The notes below the pieces were generated by a model. It was not told where the DNA came from and searched no databases. It saw only the letters and a list, made by a program, of their open reading frames with translations. 64,000 nucleotides of DNA. It comes from Camelus ferus. Taxonomy: Eukaryota. Position numbers and translations under genes: made by a program. Below are positions 13,371 to 27,561 of the stretch, one piece after another. Within the stretch, counting starts at the first letter, position 1; each line of letters opens with the position of its first letter. The DNA is taken from contig NC_045696.1 of NCBI RefSeq assembly GCF_009834535.1, forward strand, positions 95,482,001 through 95,546,000. Direction: 5' to 3'.

Positions 13371-13453
13371 TCTTAAAAATTATAGCCCATTGGCTTTGAG
13401 AATTTACGAGAATATTTTTTCTACTCTACATAAAATCCTGATGTGTTTAGTAT

Positions 13454-13519
13454 TGTATTAGATTCCTAAGGCTACCATAACAAATTACTGTAAACCAGAT
13501 GGCTTAAAACAAAAGAAAC
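13454..13519 (-). mobile_element. MLT1B/C-like LTR, 3'-terminal fragment
   Basis: tgtattagattcctaaggctaccataacaaattac...ggcttaaaacaa. Confidence 0.75.
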
Positions 13520-13779
13520 AGTGCTATTCACATACAAGTAGTTGCACACAGCCTGTTAAATTGGACTCAGTAGGAACTATAGGAAATTTCATAGTTGGAA
13601 AGAAAAAAATTGTTTTTCAATAAAATTATCTATATAGAGTTCAAATGTAAGCCTCAAAGTTTCCTTCACTTCATATAATTTATAATAAGATCAGAAATCA
13701 AATCTTTATTAACTTCATTGAATTTTTGTAAAACCTACTATATAAGACTAAAAAGAGTCTTCTAAAAATTATAGCTAAG

Positions 13780-14293
13780 TGTATCAATTTTCTATGACTT
13801 TTATAATAAATTGCCAAAATTAGGTAGCTTATACAATGGAAATTTATTCTCTCAGAATTCTGTAGGCTTGAAGTCTGAAGTCGAGGTGTCAGCAGGGCCT
13901 TGCTCTCTCTGAAGGTTCAAAGGGAAGATATTTTTTTTTTTGCCTCTTCCCTGCTGCTAGTGATTGCTGACAATCCTTGGCACCCCTTGGCTTATAGATG
14001 TGTCACTCCAAACTATGCCTTTGTCACCATATGGCATTCTCTCTGTCTTCACATTGTGTTCTCTCTTTGTGTCAGTATCCACATTTTTCTCATCTTACAG
14101 GGATACAGTATCCAACTTTCCCTCATTTTATAGGGACATAAGTCACTGGATTAGGGCCCACTCTAGTCTGGTATAAACTCATTTTAACTTCATTAGATCT
14201 GCAAAGACCCTATTTCCAAATAAAGTCACATGCACAGGTACTGGGGTGGAATTTCAGCATACCTTGATGGGGAACATAATTCAACCTATAATA
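13780..14293 (-). mobile_element. MaLR solo LTR, MLT1C-like
   Basis: aaatttattctctca...gaagtctgaagtcgaggtgtcagcagggcc; ctgcaaagaccctatttccaaataaagtcaca; ends aattcaacctataata. Confidence 0.88.
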
Positions 14294-15135
14294 ATGTGTC
14301 TTAGGATTCCTCAAAAGAGTGCATTAAAGATAGGAAGAACTTTCTTCTAGCTCCCAGTATTTCACTTTATTTGTTCCTATGAATAAACAAGATTAATTTA
14401 TAAAAGGAAGGTTTTAAAACACTGTAATTTGGTTGGGACTCCCACTGTGCTAATCCAGTATTTCATGAATAAATCTCATATTATCATGGGTTTCTCCTTT
14501 GAAATGTGCTGTGTATGTAAACTGTTACAGTTTATTTACTCATTTTCTAATTCATATTTATTAAACAATCTCTTCTACTAATGCACAGTCTGTAACTCGG
14601 GTTAAGTGTTACATGCTTAATATCACTCCACTGTGCTGAAGAAATCTGTTTAAACAAATCACAAAGCTGTGACACAGGACAGAACACTGAGGCAAAAACA
14701 TTTTTAGCTTCTTCCATTTAAAGTCATGCTGGTATTTACAAATGCAAGCAAACTACACGTTGCTTCAACTATTTAGATCATCATTCTCCCAGAAACCTTC
14801 CAAATCATATCTTAGATAAGAGCCCTGAAATTCCAGCTTTCATGGTGACATTTGCACCTGCATATGGAATTCTCTCCTGCCCTGGTTTGGCAGCTGGTTT
14901 AGCCGAGGATTCATGTTTTGTAATTTTTTCTTCAGCAAGACCAATAATTCCTGAAACATTTCTCCTAGCTCTGTAAAATTGGATTAAGTTTTCAGTATGT
15001 TAAATTAAAATATTTCTGGTTTTTCATTTAAAATATCCAGAGCAGATGAAAAGTTTTTGTATAAAAATGGAACAAGTAGATACTACACACTGGAATGATT
15101 ATTGTCTTTTGTATATCCTTTTACTCTCTCACTCT

Positions 15136-15761
15136 TGTAGATTGAGTACCCTAGGAAACAGAGTCTGAACCAAAATGTACACACTAATGATCTTTGGCCA
15201 GGGTGGGGTGACTATGTGCAAAATAAGAGTGAAGGAAACAGGAAAATGAGGCAGGAGAGGGGAGCAGAAATGAGTCCAGCTGTCTGTGATTTTACAAGAA
15301 AATGCAATCAGTTGTATAGTAATATGGGAGATCTCTGGACAAGCTTCATGAAATCACTGCCTCTGGGAGCTATCTCTTGGGTTTGGATGGGGTGTGGTAG
15401 AAGAGTGAGTAATTCACCTCGTGGTTCCACTGTCTCTCATTTGTCAAGTCCACTCCAGGGGGCCATCAATTCTCCCACACTGCTGGGTTTCACTGCCTAG
15501 CTCTTCTACACGGCTAATGGAGAAGTCACAGCCTCCACAACCCCCAGAGGTTAAAGACAGTGGTCTCTACTTGCCAGCTGGGGGCTTCTAGAGCTGTAGT
15601 GATCAAAGCAGTAGTTGGACTTTATAATCCCCAAAATAGTGTGAATCAAAGCTAGGGCCGCTTTGTCAGGCCAAGAGCAAAGTCAGTTAGTGGAAGTCTG
15701 GAGAGCAGATGTCAGAGGAGCCTGTTGGGCAGGACATAACTGGATCTGGTGAACCGATACA
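15136..15761 (-). mobile_element. ERVL solo LTR (LTR16/LTR40/LTR52 group; subfamily uncertain)
   Basis: tgtagattgagtaccctaggaaacagagtctga start, CA end, flanks actct/actat (4/5 TSD). Confidence 0.6.
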
Positions 15762-15867
15762 ACTATGGATTTTCTGTTGTGTGAAGAATTGCTGATTTTC
15801 ACAGCTAAGTTGATCTTTACAGATCATTTATTCCAAATGTGACTTTGAAATATGAAGAGATATTTCC

Positions 15868-18800
15868 ATTTTCAGTTAAGATGAAATAATAGGGACTGGA
15901 TTTACCTTCCCATGTGAAACAACTTTCCAAAAAAGTGCAAAATATATATAAAAAGACAATAGTTTTCAAGACACTAGACATCAGACAATGAAAGATAGGG
16001 ATGCCTGAGAAAAAGGAAGCAAAAAAGGTAAGCCAATGAATGCTGCCACCTTCTTCCTTCAGACTTTCCAAGCCAAGGAGAGAGGTCCAACAGGAGTTGA
16101 GCTGATGCTCTATGTGAGGAGATGGAGCTGACAGTGTGGGTAGGCTGAGGTAGCTAGAGTCTACCGTACCGAGTATCAGAAAGAAGAACTTAAAGGCATA
16201 GCAATAGAAACTACCCAAAATGAAACACCAAGGGAAAAGATAATAATAATAATAATAATAAAAAATTACAAAGGGTCAGTGATCTTTGGGATAATATATG
16301 AGGGTCTACTAAAATATAATTGGAATCTCTGAAGAAGATTCAATTGTTTGAAGAAAAAAGTGACTAAACTTTTTCAGAACTTTCAGATACAAGTTCAATG
16401 AACCCCCAAACACAAGAAACATGAAGAAAACTATAACAAGTACATCATAATTAAATTATTCAAAACCAACAATAAAGAAAATAACAACCTTAAAATCAGC
16501 CAGAGCAAAACACATACAGAGGAACAAAGATAAGAGTGACAGCTGATGTCTTTAAAATAACAATAAAAACAATGCAAATGAGAAGCCAGTGGAGCAATGT
16601 CTTTAAATAGTGAAAGAACAGAATTCTTTCAAACTGTAATTTGATACCCAGAAAATATCTTTCAAAAAGAAAGGTAAAACAGATACTTTGTTTAACATAT
16701 ATAAGATGAGAGAAATCATCACAAGAGGACCTGCACCACAAGAAATGTTAAAAATAGTCCTTCAAGCATAAAGAAAATGATACTAGATGGAAATATGAAT
16801 TAACACAATAAATGAAAAGCGCTGGAAATGGTAACTTCATGGGTAAGCATATATGATTTTTGTTTCTTATTATTTAAAACTCTAAAAATAGAATTGACTA
16901 TTTAGGTAAAAATAATAGCAATGTATTGTGGGCTTTACAACTTATAAAAACAATGCATGACAATAATAGCACAAAGGTGAGGAGGGAGACAACTGAAAGT
17001 ATTGTAAGGTTCTTAATTTACAAGTGAATGGAATAGGTATAATATCACTTGCTATTAGATGGTGATAAGTAAAGATGTTCACTCTAAACCTTCAAGAAAT
17101 CACTTAAATAACAAACAGTTATAGCTAATAAACAAAGAAAGGAGGTAAAACGCAATCATAAAGTGGCAATTAATTCAAAAGATAGCAGAAAAAGAGGCAA
17201 AAGGAAATAAACAACAGATGGGGAAACAGAAAACAAATAGCAAGATAGTAAATTTAAACCCAACCATATCAAAAATCACATTAAATGTAAGTGGTCTAAA
17301 TATTTCAAGTAAATGGAAAATGTTCAATTGGAAAAAAGGGTCAAGATACTCCTATTTACTATCTATAAGATATAATCAAAAAAGAAAACAACAAATATGT
17401 AAAATACCATAGCATATGTATGATGCTAGCACTAGAGGATGCTAGAATATCCATATGAGTATCAGATAAAGTAGGGTTCTGAGTAATACAATTACTAAGC
17501 ATTAAAATATTCATTTCATAATAGCTAAGGGGTCAATTCAAGAGAATATAACAATCCTTAGCTGACAGAATCTACAAAAATGTACTCGAATTGTTAAATA
17601 AGTTTATCAAGGTTGCAGGATCAATATACAACATTTATTTCTTTACCATAGCAATAAAGATTCAGAAAATAAAATTTTAAATAATGCATTTATAATAACA
17701 TAAAAATATATAATACTTAGCTACAAACCCAGAAAAGGATGTTCCAAACCTCTACAAAGAAAACTACAAAACATTGCTGAGAGAAATTAAAGAATGCCTA
17801 AATAAATGGATAAAACTATATTCATGGATTTGAAGCCTTGATTTTGAAGCCTTGATTATGTTAAGATGTCAATTCTCCCTTAATTGAGATATGCATCAAT
17901 GCACTCTTAATCAACATCCAAAGAAATGTTTTTTGGTACAAAACTGACAAGTTCATTGTGAAATTCATCATGAAATGCAAAGAAGCTAGAAGAACAAAAA
18001 TGACTTGATAAAGAAGAACAAGTTTGGATAATTAACACTACCTGGGCTAATACTTATTATAAAGCTAGTAGCAAAAAAATGGGCATTATTGGCATCAATA
18101 TAGACAAATAGATGAATGAAATAGAATAGATAATGTAGAGTTAGATTCATATATATAAAGACTACTTGTTTTGACAATGGTTGAGAGGCAATTCAATGCA
18201 GAAAGGATAGTTTTCTTCAACAAATGTTGCAAAATAATTGGATATCCATATGCAAAAAGTACTTTAATCTATACCTTGCACTATATAAAAATTAGCACAC
18301 AATGGATTATAGACCAAAGGGTAAAGCCCAAAATTATAAAACTTCTGGAAATAAATGTAGTAGAAAGCATTTGTGACCTCAGGTTAAGTAATACTGACTA
18401 GATATCCAAAACTATGTTTCATAAATAAGTTGAATTTCTTCAAAATTAAAATCTGTTCTTCAAAGGACATAGTTTAGAGAATGTAAAAATGAGCAATGAA
18501 TGGAGAAAATATTAGCATATTACTTATGTGGTAAAGAACTTATATCCTGGATTTACTAAGAACTCTGAAAATTCAATAGTAAAAGGTAAAACAATAAAAA
18601 TAAAATACAGGCAAAAGATTTGAATAGGCACTTGACCAAAAAAGATACAGCTATGGCAATTAAGTTCTTGAAAAGAAGTTTGTGATTAACCAATAAAGAA
18701 ATGAAATTAAAACCACAATGAGATAACGTTATAATGGGTGAAATTAAAAAGATTGACCATACTAAATGCTGGAAATAAACTGGAAAAACTGGAAATTACG

Positions 18801-19335
18801 TAAACTGCTTGTAGGGATGAAAAATGATATAACTACTTTGAGAGTTTGATAGTTTTTCATGAAAAATGAAAACCATATATTCATACAAAGAATTATATAT
18901 AAATTCCCATAACAGCTTTATTTGTAATATCCGACACTATAAATAACTGAAATGTCTATTGACAAGTGAAAGGATTAGCAAAGTATATTGGAATACTTCT
19001 CAGCAATGAAAAAGAATGAACAATTGATACACACAATGAAATAGATGACTCTTAAAATCATTATGCTGAGTGGTAGAATTAAGACAAGAAAGAATAAATA
19101 CTGTGTGATTCCAGTTATATAATATTCTAAACATGAAAACTAATTGATAGAGACAGAAAACATCAGTGTTGCCTGGAGATGGGAGAAGGACAGGGAAGCT
19201 GGATGGGAATGATGACAAGAACCCTTTGGGGGTTAGTGATATATTCACTATCTTGATTGTGGTGATGTTTCACACTGTGTACGCATATGTGAAAACTAAT
19301 TAAATTGCATACTTTAAATACGTGTGATATGTTGT
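15868..19335 (+). mobile_element. Internally deleted old L1 (L1ME-like): 5'UTR, ORF1 remnant, ORF2 remnants, 3'UTR
   Basis: 5'UTR aagatgaaataatagggactggatttacc; ORF 17218-17412 contains ISKITLNVSGLN (L1 endonuclease N-terminus); ORF 18171-18401 contains FNKCC...KISTQWI.D..VKPKIIKLLE (ORF2 C-terminal region); 3' end tatcttgattgtggtgatg...gcatactttaaatacgtg; many stops and frameshifts. Confidence 0.9.
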
Positions 19336-19735
19336 TTAAAAGGGGGAACCTAGAGAACAAAGTACTCACATGGAGTTAGAGGTTGAACTGGTAAAGTCCT
19401 ATTTCCTTTTTCCTACTAGTACATTTCCTTTATTCTTTTTTTTTACCCTCCCCTCATTTCCTTTATTCTTAAAAGTATCTGAAGATGGCATAGATTATTA
19501 GGCCAATTGTATGTTCAATCAATAATACCTTAAAGTTCTGTCCTACTTCCTCCAAAATCAAAGAAGCACAACTGCAGTTGTTACTCATTTGTTGCCCTTG
19601 AAAGGCTTGGAGTCCAGATGCTGAAGGGGCTTCCATAGCCAGAGTTACAACATTGCTCATTGTGGACCCCTAATAACCAGAGATGTGGGATGATAACTCA
19701 GAAAATACTTTGTTTATAGTAATTCTCACTTCACT

Positions 19736-19939
19736 TAGTATTTTCTCAAGCTTCACCCTGCCTTAGCATCACCCGGAAGCTTGTTAAATACAGATTGCTG
19801 GGCCTCATTCCCAGTTTACAACTGAGTAGTCTGATCTGGGGCCAGAACGTACGCATCTCTAACCAAGTTTACAGGTAATGCTGTAATCAACAGTAATGCT
19901 GATGCTGTTGTGTGAGGAACCACACTTTGAGAACCACAA
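19736..19939. mobile_element. MER5A hAT-Charlie DNA transposon
   Basis: catcacccggaagcttgttaaatacagattgctgggcctc...accacactttgagaaccac. Confidence 0.9.
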
Positions 19940-20239
19940 AGATAAATGCCCAAGTTGAAAGAAAAAGAAGTCATTCATGCAGTTGAATTTAATTTTTCAG
20001 CTAGGTTTGGATTTAAATATGTCCAGGTAGCAGAGAGCAAGCTAGTGTCTGAGCAGCCCAGTGGGAGCACTCCTGCCAGATGTACATCTCCCCCTTCCTA
20101 GTTCCTGGATCTATTCAGTTAGAAGTAGGCTAGGAGTCACAACTCCATTTACTTTTCAAATTTAAAGTGTTTAATGACACCCAAGATGAGGCTTTTTGAC
20201 ACTTGAATTCCTTACAGAATCAATGCAGATCACTATTTA

Positions 20240-20440
20240 TTTACCAGCTCAGTAAGGTATTTTTTAAAGTGCCTATTCTGTGTCATTCTCTGTAGTAGGC
20301 ACTGGGGATTCAATGGTGAGCAAGTCAGGCATAGTCTTTACCTGTTGGAGTTTTCTGTCTATTGGGAAAATTGTCATTATACAAATAATAATTTAAATAA
20401 TAAAGCACAATTGTGACAGGTGTACAGAAGGAGAGCTATA
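20240..20440 (-). mobile_element. L2 3' fragment
   Basis: gtgcctattctgtg...taggcactggggattcaatggtgagcaag. Confidence 0.75.
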
Positions 20441-21687
20441 AATATTGTTGATAATCAGCACAAGTATAGTGTTCACATTTTTTAAGAAACTTCATGTAAT
20501 TTGTCACTTGATTGGATCTATATGTGCCTTCAATTCCATGACGCTTTCTGATATAATTTGCACAAGACAATTCTAATAGACAATTCTAATGAGTATGATG
20601 CTGTTTTGCATTTAAGCTTTCACTGCTTCTGGTTTTACCTCTGAATTTGTCTCTTCTTTCTCTTGTAATTTCTACCTTTTGTTGCTTTTCTATAATTAGA
20701 AATCATGGTGTTAGTTTCTTCAATGTTTATCTTTTGTCTGATTTTGTCTCAACCAAAACAGACCTCTTGCTTATTGTACCTTTGGAAAAGGGTCAGATTC
20801 TCTGAACTTTGTTAAATTATCACTTGCTTTGCAAGACAAGTTTCTCATAGGCGACCTTGATGTGGATGTTCAATAAAATACATTTCCTCTGCTTCCCAAG
20901 TATTCTTTCCTTTATTCTTTCACAAACATTAAGCTTGTGCAATTCATGAATGATAAATCTAAAAATTTTCTTGAAACCTGATATTTATGCAGACCACAAT
21001 GTTTGCATAGGTTCCTGGCTTTTGTCTAAATGCCATTTCCAGAGAATAATATGTCTTCTCCTCTTATTATCTCACAACCTTTTAAACTTTCATGAAAAGT
21101 TCTCCTGCATTGCAATGTTCACACTGAAAGGAAGTTTTTTAATCACTTTGTGAGGGTTGCTGTGTACATAATTATGTGCAGAGAAAATCAAAGTTGCTCT
21201 GAGAGGTAGATGGTAAACGATTGACAAAGTTGTGCTTTCTCTCTTTCATTATGTCAAGGGACATACAGAATATTACAGCCTGAGAGCCGGGAAGGCCAAA
21301 CTTTCAGAGCTCACAGCAAAGACAAACTGTCAGCTGGGATGTTCACAGTTAGGCTCCATCACCAGCTAAGTGACTCACCGGCTCACTCAGAATACATGAG
21401 ATTCAAATTTGTGATGGAGCAAAACTTCAAATAACTCCGAATTGTGAGTGCCAGGGTTGCTTGGGAATTGTTCATTCTTTCTATTAGCATTCATAAAATA
21501 TCTATTCTAAAAAAATCACAAGATCATGGCTAGTAATTTTCCAGCTCTAGATGAATACCAAGCTTTTACACTTCTTGTTCCTTAATTGTGTCAGGCTGTA
21601 TAAAACCATGAGCCTCAAGATTCTATGACATTATTAACTACTTGCTCATTTCTCTGATAGCTATCATACCATCTTAGGTTCTCATCT

Positions 21688-21900
21688 CATTCATCCATTT
21701 AAGCATTTTTGAGATCTACTGTGATCTAAGCACTTTGCCTACACCTTGATTAGTAATACAGCCTTTACTCACTTAAAAAACTTACACTTAAGTTGGATAG
21801 GAAAAAAGCACAGAAACCATTACAAAAAAATGTGAAGAGTGCTATATAACAAGGATGCCCAGAAAAGAAAAGGACAAAGAACACATCTAGTTTTTCTGTT
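21688..21900 (-). mobile_element. L2 3' fragment
   Basis: cattcatccatttaagcatttttgagatctactgtg...aagcact. Confidence 0.55.
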
Positions 21901-24279
21901 ATTATGTCAGTAACTTTTCTCATGGATTTTCTTCTCATTCTGAACATGGTTGATGAAATAACGTCCTTAACATTGTCCGGAGCCAGTGAGTACGACCCAG
22001 CACCTGATGCTACAGTCCTGACTACAGCTTGTGCTATAAGCAGACCTGCCTCCTGCCTATTCTGGTTTAAGTTATTATGTTTCTGTCAGGGCATGCATGT
22101 GAAAATTAATTAGATGTGATAGGCTTGAAATAGAATTTAGTCATGGGGAAAAATGTCTGTTTTAGGTTAAAATTTCATATCAAATAAACAGTTGCTAGGT
22201 GACCACACAGTGTGATTCACATTATGCAAATAATGTAGCTTTAAAAAATAAGTTAGGATTTGTCTAATAATTCTAAATTGGGGGCTTCTAATACTATAGC
22301 ACAAACTTAAATCAAAACACATTGATCATTAGTTTCTGATTTCAGTAGGGAGTTACTGATCCCTGAAGTCCTTGCTGAAGACACAGTGGGGTTTGATGCA
22401 CTGAAATTTAAGGGAGATTTTTCTGCAGTTTTCATTGTCTTGCCTTGTCCTAAGAAGAAGAAATGAAAATTTATATTAAATGAAAGCCCAAAGAATTATT
22501 AGAATTGCATGGCTCCAAAGAGGGCAAGAGAGTAATATAGGTAATAGGAACATCTGTCAATTAAAACTTAACTTTCTCCTTTCCAACCAGACAGTGTGCA
22601 CCAGCAGGTAGAGACTACCATATCTCTTTGGGCTGATAACACTTAATTCTCTGTTCTATACTTGGTAGGGATTCAATAAACATTTGGCAATGAATATAAA
22701 AATAATGAAGTTATTTCAATTTTAAATTTAGTTAAACTCTGGGAAGATTTCATAATAAAAGCAAATTTAATATTTTCCTCTGTTCTATTCTTTGTTTTTT
22801 AAGACATTTCATAAGTATGGCTTGCGTATTCAGAATGACACTATGCATTATTCTCAAAAGGCATGAATTTTTTTAATCTCTTGAATCATATTGATTTGGA
22901 ATAAACATGTCCTTAAAAGTCTAATTTAATGTTCTCAGAAAATCTTGCCATTATGGAAGTCACTTTCACATGTGCCTATGAGAGTCAGAGGAGTGATTTG
23001 AATTTCTACTTGATTTCTTGCTTCTATTCAATTTCCTACCCAGGATGTCAAATTCATCTCTCACTTGTGACTTTCATAAGAAGATATGATAGCTTCATTG
23101 GCAGAAGAGAAAGGACTATATTTATAATTGTCAGTATTTTTATAGCAACAAGCTGTTGGATCAACAAAAGATAATGCAGATTGAGCCATTTGTATTTTTA
23201 CAGCTATAATATAATTCTTCTTAGGACCAGTATGTAACTTTCTTTTTATGTTTATTTAGCTGTCTGCAACTTGGGGTCCTTTTGTTGTCTTTGAGTTGTC
23301 AGTTATTATAATACTGCTTTTTATTCTTTTCTGTGAAAGTTAAAAAAATTAAATGTCTAATGACTATAAAAGGAAATGACACTGTAAGAAAAGTATTGTT
23401 AAAATGAAGTGCTACATGTCAAGATTCTTAAAGCAGATTTACATTTGTTTCTAATTATACTCTACTAGCAAATTAAAAAATACAAAGAGAATCTAAAATT
23501 AGGATAAGTCTACAAATGAATCAAAATTGCTTTTAAAATGCTGTCGTTTTGTCAAATGATCAAAATATCTATTTTTCTTCTTAGGAAATGTCATCTGCTC
23601 TATACAGCCTTCCTGAGTGGTTGAAAACAAAACGGAATATTCTCTGTATTTTTTTTCACATCTCCCTCAGTCATATCTCTTCATTTTGTGTTTTATGATT
23701 TCTTGTATTCTCTCTTTTAACAATCAGTTTCTTATCCATCTAGGTGTATATCTGTGAGAATCCTTGAAGAATATAAAAACAGTATTATATTAGATTAAAT
23801 ATTGCTATTGCAGTAGGTAACCATCCTACTCTGCATCACCATTTTCATTAATGGTCCATAGGAGCAAAAATAAGACAAATATTCTTATTGATCAGAAATT
23901 ACACTAACAATTGAATAGAAATATTCAAAGAAGAGCAAAGATGAAATAATACAATTTTTATTAATTTTTCCATTTCAGCACAAATTTGATTAAACTAATA
24001 AGCATGTTAAAGATAAAATCTGTTTTGTTTGATTATTTTCTATAGCTAATTAATAAATGCTGTGGAATTTAGAAAGAAGACAGTGAATGATAGATTAAAA
24101 ATTGAGCTACATTCCTGACTTTTCAGGTAACCACGAACAACTCAACTCTTAGCTATCCTCAGGTGAATCATGAAGAAACAATAAGCCTCTAGAATTTTCT
24201 GAAGCTTAAAAGCAAACCCCCTCTAGCAGTTTTTAAAATGTTAAAAGACCATAAAATTGATATGCAAGGCTAAATATGC

Positions 24280-25581
24280 CTTACTTAGAGGCTAATGTAG
24301 CTGATGGCTTTAAGTTGAAGCCAAAGTTCATTTACCATTCTGAAAATCCTAGGGTCCTTCAGAATTATGCTATCTGGAACCAAAAGCCCAGATGACCACA
24401 CATCTGTTTACAACATGGCTTACTGAATATTTCATGCCCACTGTTGAGACCTACTGTTCAGAAAAAGATTCCTTTCAAAATATGACTGCTCATTGGACAA
24501 TTCACCTGGTCACCCAAGAGCTCTGATGGAAATGTACAATGAGATTAATGTTTTCATACCTGCTAAAACAATACTCATTCTGTGGCCCATAGATAAAGGA
24601 GTAATTCCAACTTTCAAGTCTTATTATTTAATAAATACATTTTTAAGGCTATGTCCATAGATAGTGATTCCTCTGATGGATCTGGGCAAAGTCAATTGAA
24701 AACTTTCTGGAAAGGATTCACCATTCTAAATGCCATGAAGAACATTCATGGTTCACGGACGAGGTCAAAATATCAACATGAACAGGAGTTTGGAAGGAGT
24801 TGGTTCCAATTCTCATGGATGACTTTGAGGGGTTCAAGACTTCAGTGAAGGGAGTAACTGCAGATGTGGTGGAAATAGCAAGAGAACTAGAATTAGAAGT
24901 GGTGTCTGAAGATATGACCACATTGTTCTAATCTCAAAATCAAACTCTAAGGGATGAGGAGTATAAGAATCCTTCTTATGGATGAACAAAGAAAATGATT
25001 TATTGATATAGAATCTACTCCGGTGAAGATGCTGTGAAGAGTGTAGAAATGACAACAAAGGATTTAGAGTATTTCGTAAACTTAATTGATAAAGCAGCAG
25101 CAGGGTTAAAGAGGACTGATTCCAATTTTGAAAGAAGGTCAATGGGTAAAATGCTATCAAACAGCACTGCATGCTACAAAGAAAACTTTCATGAAAGGAA
25201 GAGTCAATCAACACAGCAAACTTTATTTCTGTTTTCTTTTAAGAAATTGCCACAGCCACCCCAAACTTCAGGAGCCACCACCCTGATCAGTCAGCAGCAA
25301 TCGACATCAAGCTAAGGCCAACAAAATAATTGTGACTCATAGAGGGCTCAGGTGATGGTTAGCATTTTTTTTTTTTAGCAATAAAGTACTTTTTAATTAA
25401 GGTATATACATTGTTTTTTTAGACATACTGTATTGAACACTTAATAGACTACAGTGTAGTGTAAATGTAAATTTACAGGCACTGGGAAAACAAAAAATTC
25501 ATGTAACTTGCTTTTTTTTGTGATAATTGCTTTATTGTGGTGGTCCAGAACCAAATCCTCAAGATCTCCAAGGTATGCTTA
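24280..25581 (+). mobile_element. Tigger1 (TcMar) DNA transposon, 3' portion with decayed transposase and right TIR
   Basis: gaggctaatgtagctgatggctttaagttgaagcca; ORF peptides [23 protein letters not shown] and VEMTTKDLEYFVNLIDKAAAG...NFERR...FHERKSQ match Tigger1/TIGD1-type transposase; terminus atctccaaggtatgctta followed by TA. Confidence 0.95.
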
Positions 25582-26019
25582 TATAAATAATCTATTTTTA
25601 GACAGGCTAATTATATCAGTCCAAATAAAAAGAGAATTCCTTCATATTTGGACTTGTCCATTGGCAAATAAATGTAAGAAGCTGGCCAAAATGTAATTTA
25701 ATTCCTTTGGGATTGCTATTTAAGGAAAACAAAACAAAAATGTTCAATTTAACAAATTCTCTTATATACTACCCTCCAAGCACTTAAAAAATATTATCCT
25801 GTAGGGATGAATTCATGTCTCTCTCCCCAACTTCTTCCCTGTTGATCAGAGTCAAAGCAACTAAGTAGCATATTTTTTTATAGAAATTTGACAGTGTTTC
25901 TAAAATGTTACATAAGAAAATGTTCACTAGTTTATTAAGAAAAACTTTAAATTGGCACAATGTAGTCCACATAAAAAGTCAGGACTAGAGGGAAAACCAA
26001 AGGTCAAAAAATTGGTTCC

Positions 26020-27425
26020 AAATATTTTCCATCTCTGATGGAATAGCTTGTATCACACAAATCGTCTATTTAGAATCTATTGTAAAATCTCAGTTTTTTT
26101 TTTTTTTAGCTTATTTAGGCATTACAGATCAATTGAGGCAGCAAGGATTGGAGATCCAAAAGAGAAGGGAAACACACTGAGAGAAGCTATGCTTGTTTAG
26201 CTTCTTTTCCACTGAAGAATTTGATATTATTTACCTTTTCATAGCATGGGTCACAGAGTTTAAGCAGAAAGTGTCTGGTCAGAATTTTTGCCATGCTCTT
26301 GGGATGAGGAGTTAAAACCATAATGACTACTAAGGTAGGCCAGACCCAAAGGACCATGATCTCAAGAAAATGGATTTGTAGAGAGGTGAGGCCAACATTC
26401 TTGTCTGTGAGGTGTTTGTCAACATGAAATTGCCAGAGTGTAAGAGACTGAGAAACTAAGAAGAAAGCAAGCAAAAAGGCTAAGAAAAACTTTTTAGCAG
26501 TCTCACAGCACTGGAGGAACACAAATTGGAAATCAGAGTCTGCTGAGGAGGAGAGGCAACGGTAACTCCACAAATTTTTAGGAATATGGGCAAACTGAAA
26601 ATATTTCAGCTCTCACCAAGTTTGAAATCTGTTCTCAGAATGTATCTATCCCTGATTAAATCAAAAGAATCTGCCCCAGCTCTAACTACTGGCTAGAATG
26701 AATCAATGGACAATGTCATCCAGAGTTTCTTACCTTGCAGTCATACAAAGCTCAACATTCAATTAAACACAACAACACCAGGCCTGAAAGAGAACAGAAC
26801 CAAACAATAAAAAAAAAAAAAAAGAAAGAGAGAGAGAGAGAAATAGGTGCTAGAAAGAGACCCACAGATAATCTAGTTATTGAAATAATAAAACAGACTT
26901 AAAATAACTGTAACTCATATGTTCAGTAAAATAGATGGCAAGATGTAGAATTTCAGAAAGTATGGAAATATATACAAAACAATTAACTAGAAGTCTTAGA
27001 ACTGAAGGATACAACAGCTGAAATTCAGCACTCAGTGATTAAATTATCAGCAGATTAGATACAAGAAAAGAGAAGTGTAGGTCAGTATAAAATAACCAGA
27101 CTGAAACACAAGGAGAAAAGAAGGATGGAAAATACAGAAAGGGATTAGGAGACATAAGGAATATCAGACAAGATGTACCATGTGTAGAAGAGAAACAGAA
27201 GAGAGGGAGAATGGGACTGAAGCAGTAGTTGAATAGACACTGACAAAACATTTTCTAAAGCTGAAGAAAGATACCAAGACATGGTTTTACAAAGCACTAC
27301 TACTCCCTAAAATGACAAATACCAGAAATATCACATCTAGGCACATTGTAGTAAAATTGATGAAAAAATTAAAAGAATAAAAACCCCAAAAGTAGCTGGA
27401 GTAAAGAAAAAAAACACATTATTTG
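26020..27425 (+). mobile_element. Old L1M 5'UTR plus ORF1 remnant (L1ME/HAL1-like)
   Basis: A-rich ORF1-like segments: gaaagagacccacagataatctagttattg; tctagaactgaa-like; agcagattagatac; cacatctaggcacattgtagtaaaattgatgaaa. Confidence 0.7.
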
Positions 27426-27561
27426 AGTTTTCAGATTAGCAGTAAAAAAACTCATTTTTTCATTTTCTTACATTCTTACAGTAATGTATTTTTCTCATTT
27501 AATTCATCCTATGATCCCTTAACCTAGGAAAGTGTGAAAAATGCAACATCAAATACATAGG

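Noticed and set aside
22221..22231. Octamer ATGCAAAT sites (several in the window)
   Set aside because: Expected by chance in AT-rich DNA; no clustering or promoter context
24651..25315. Transposase-like ORFs as a domesticated TIGD1-type gene
   Set aside because: 5' part is absent, frames are broken by stops and frameshifts, and the TIR is retained: a decayed Tigger1 copy
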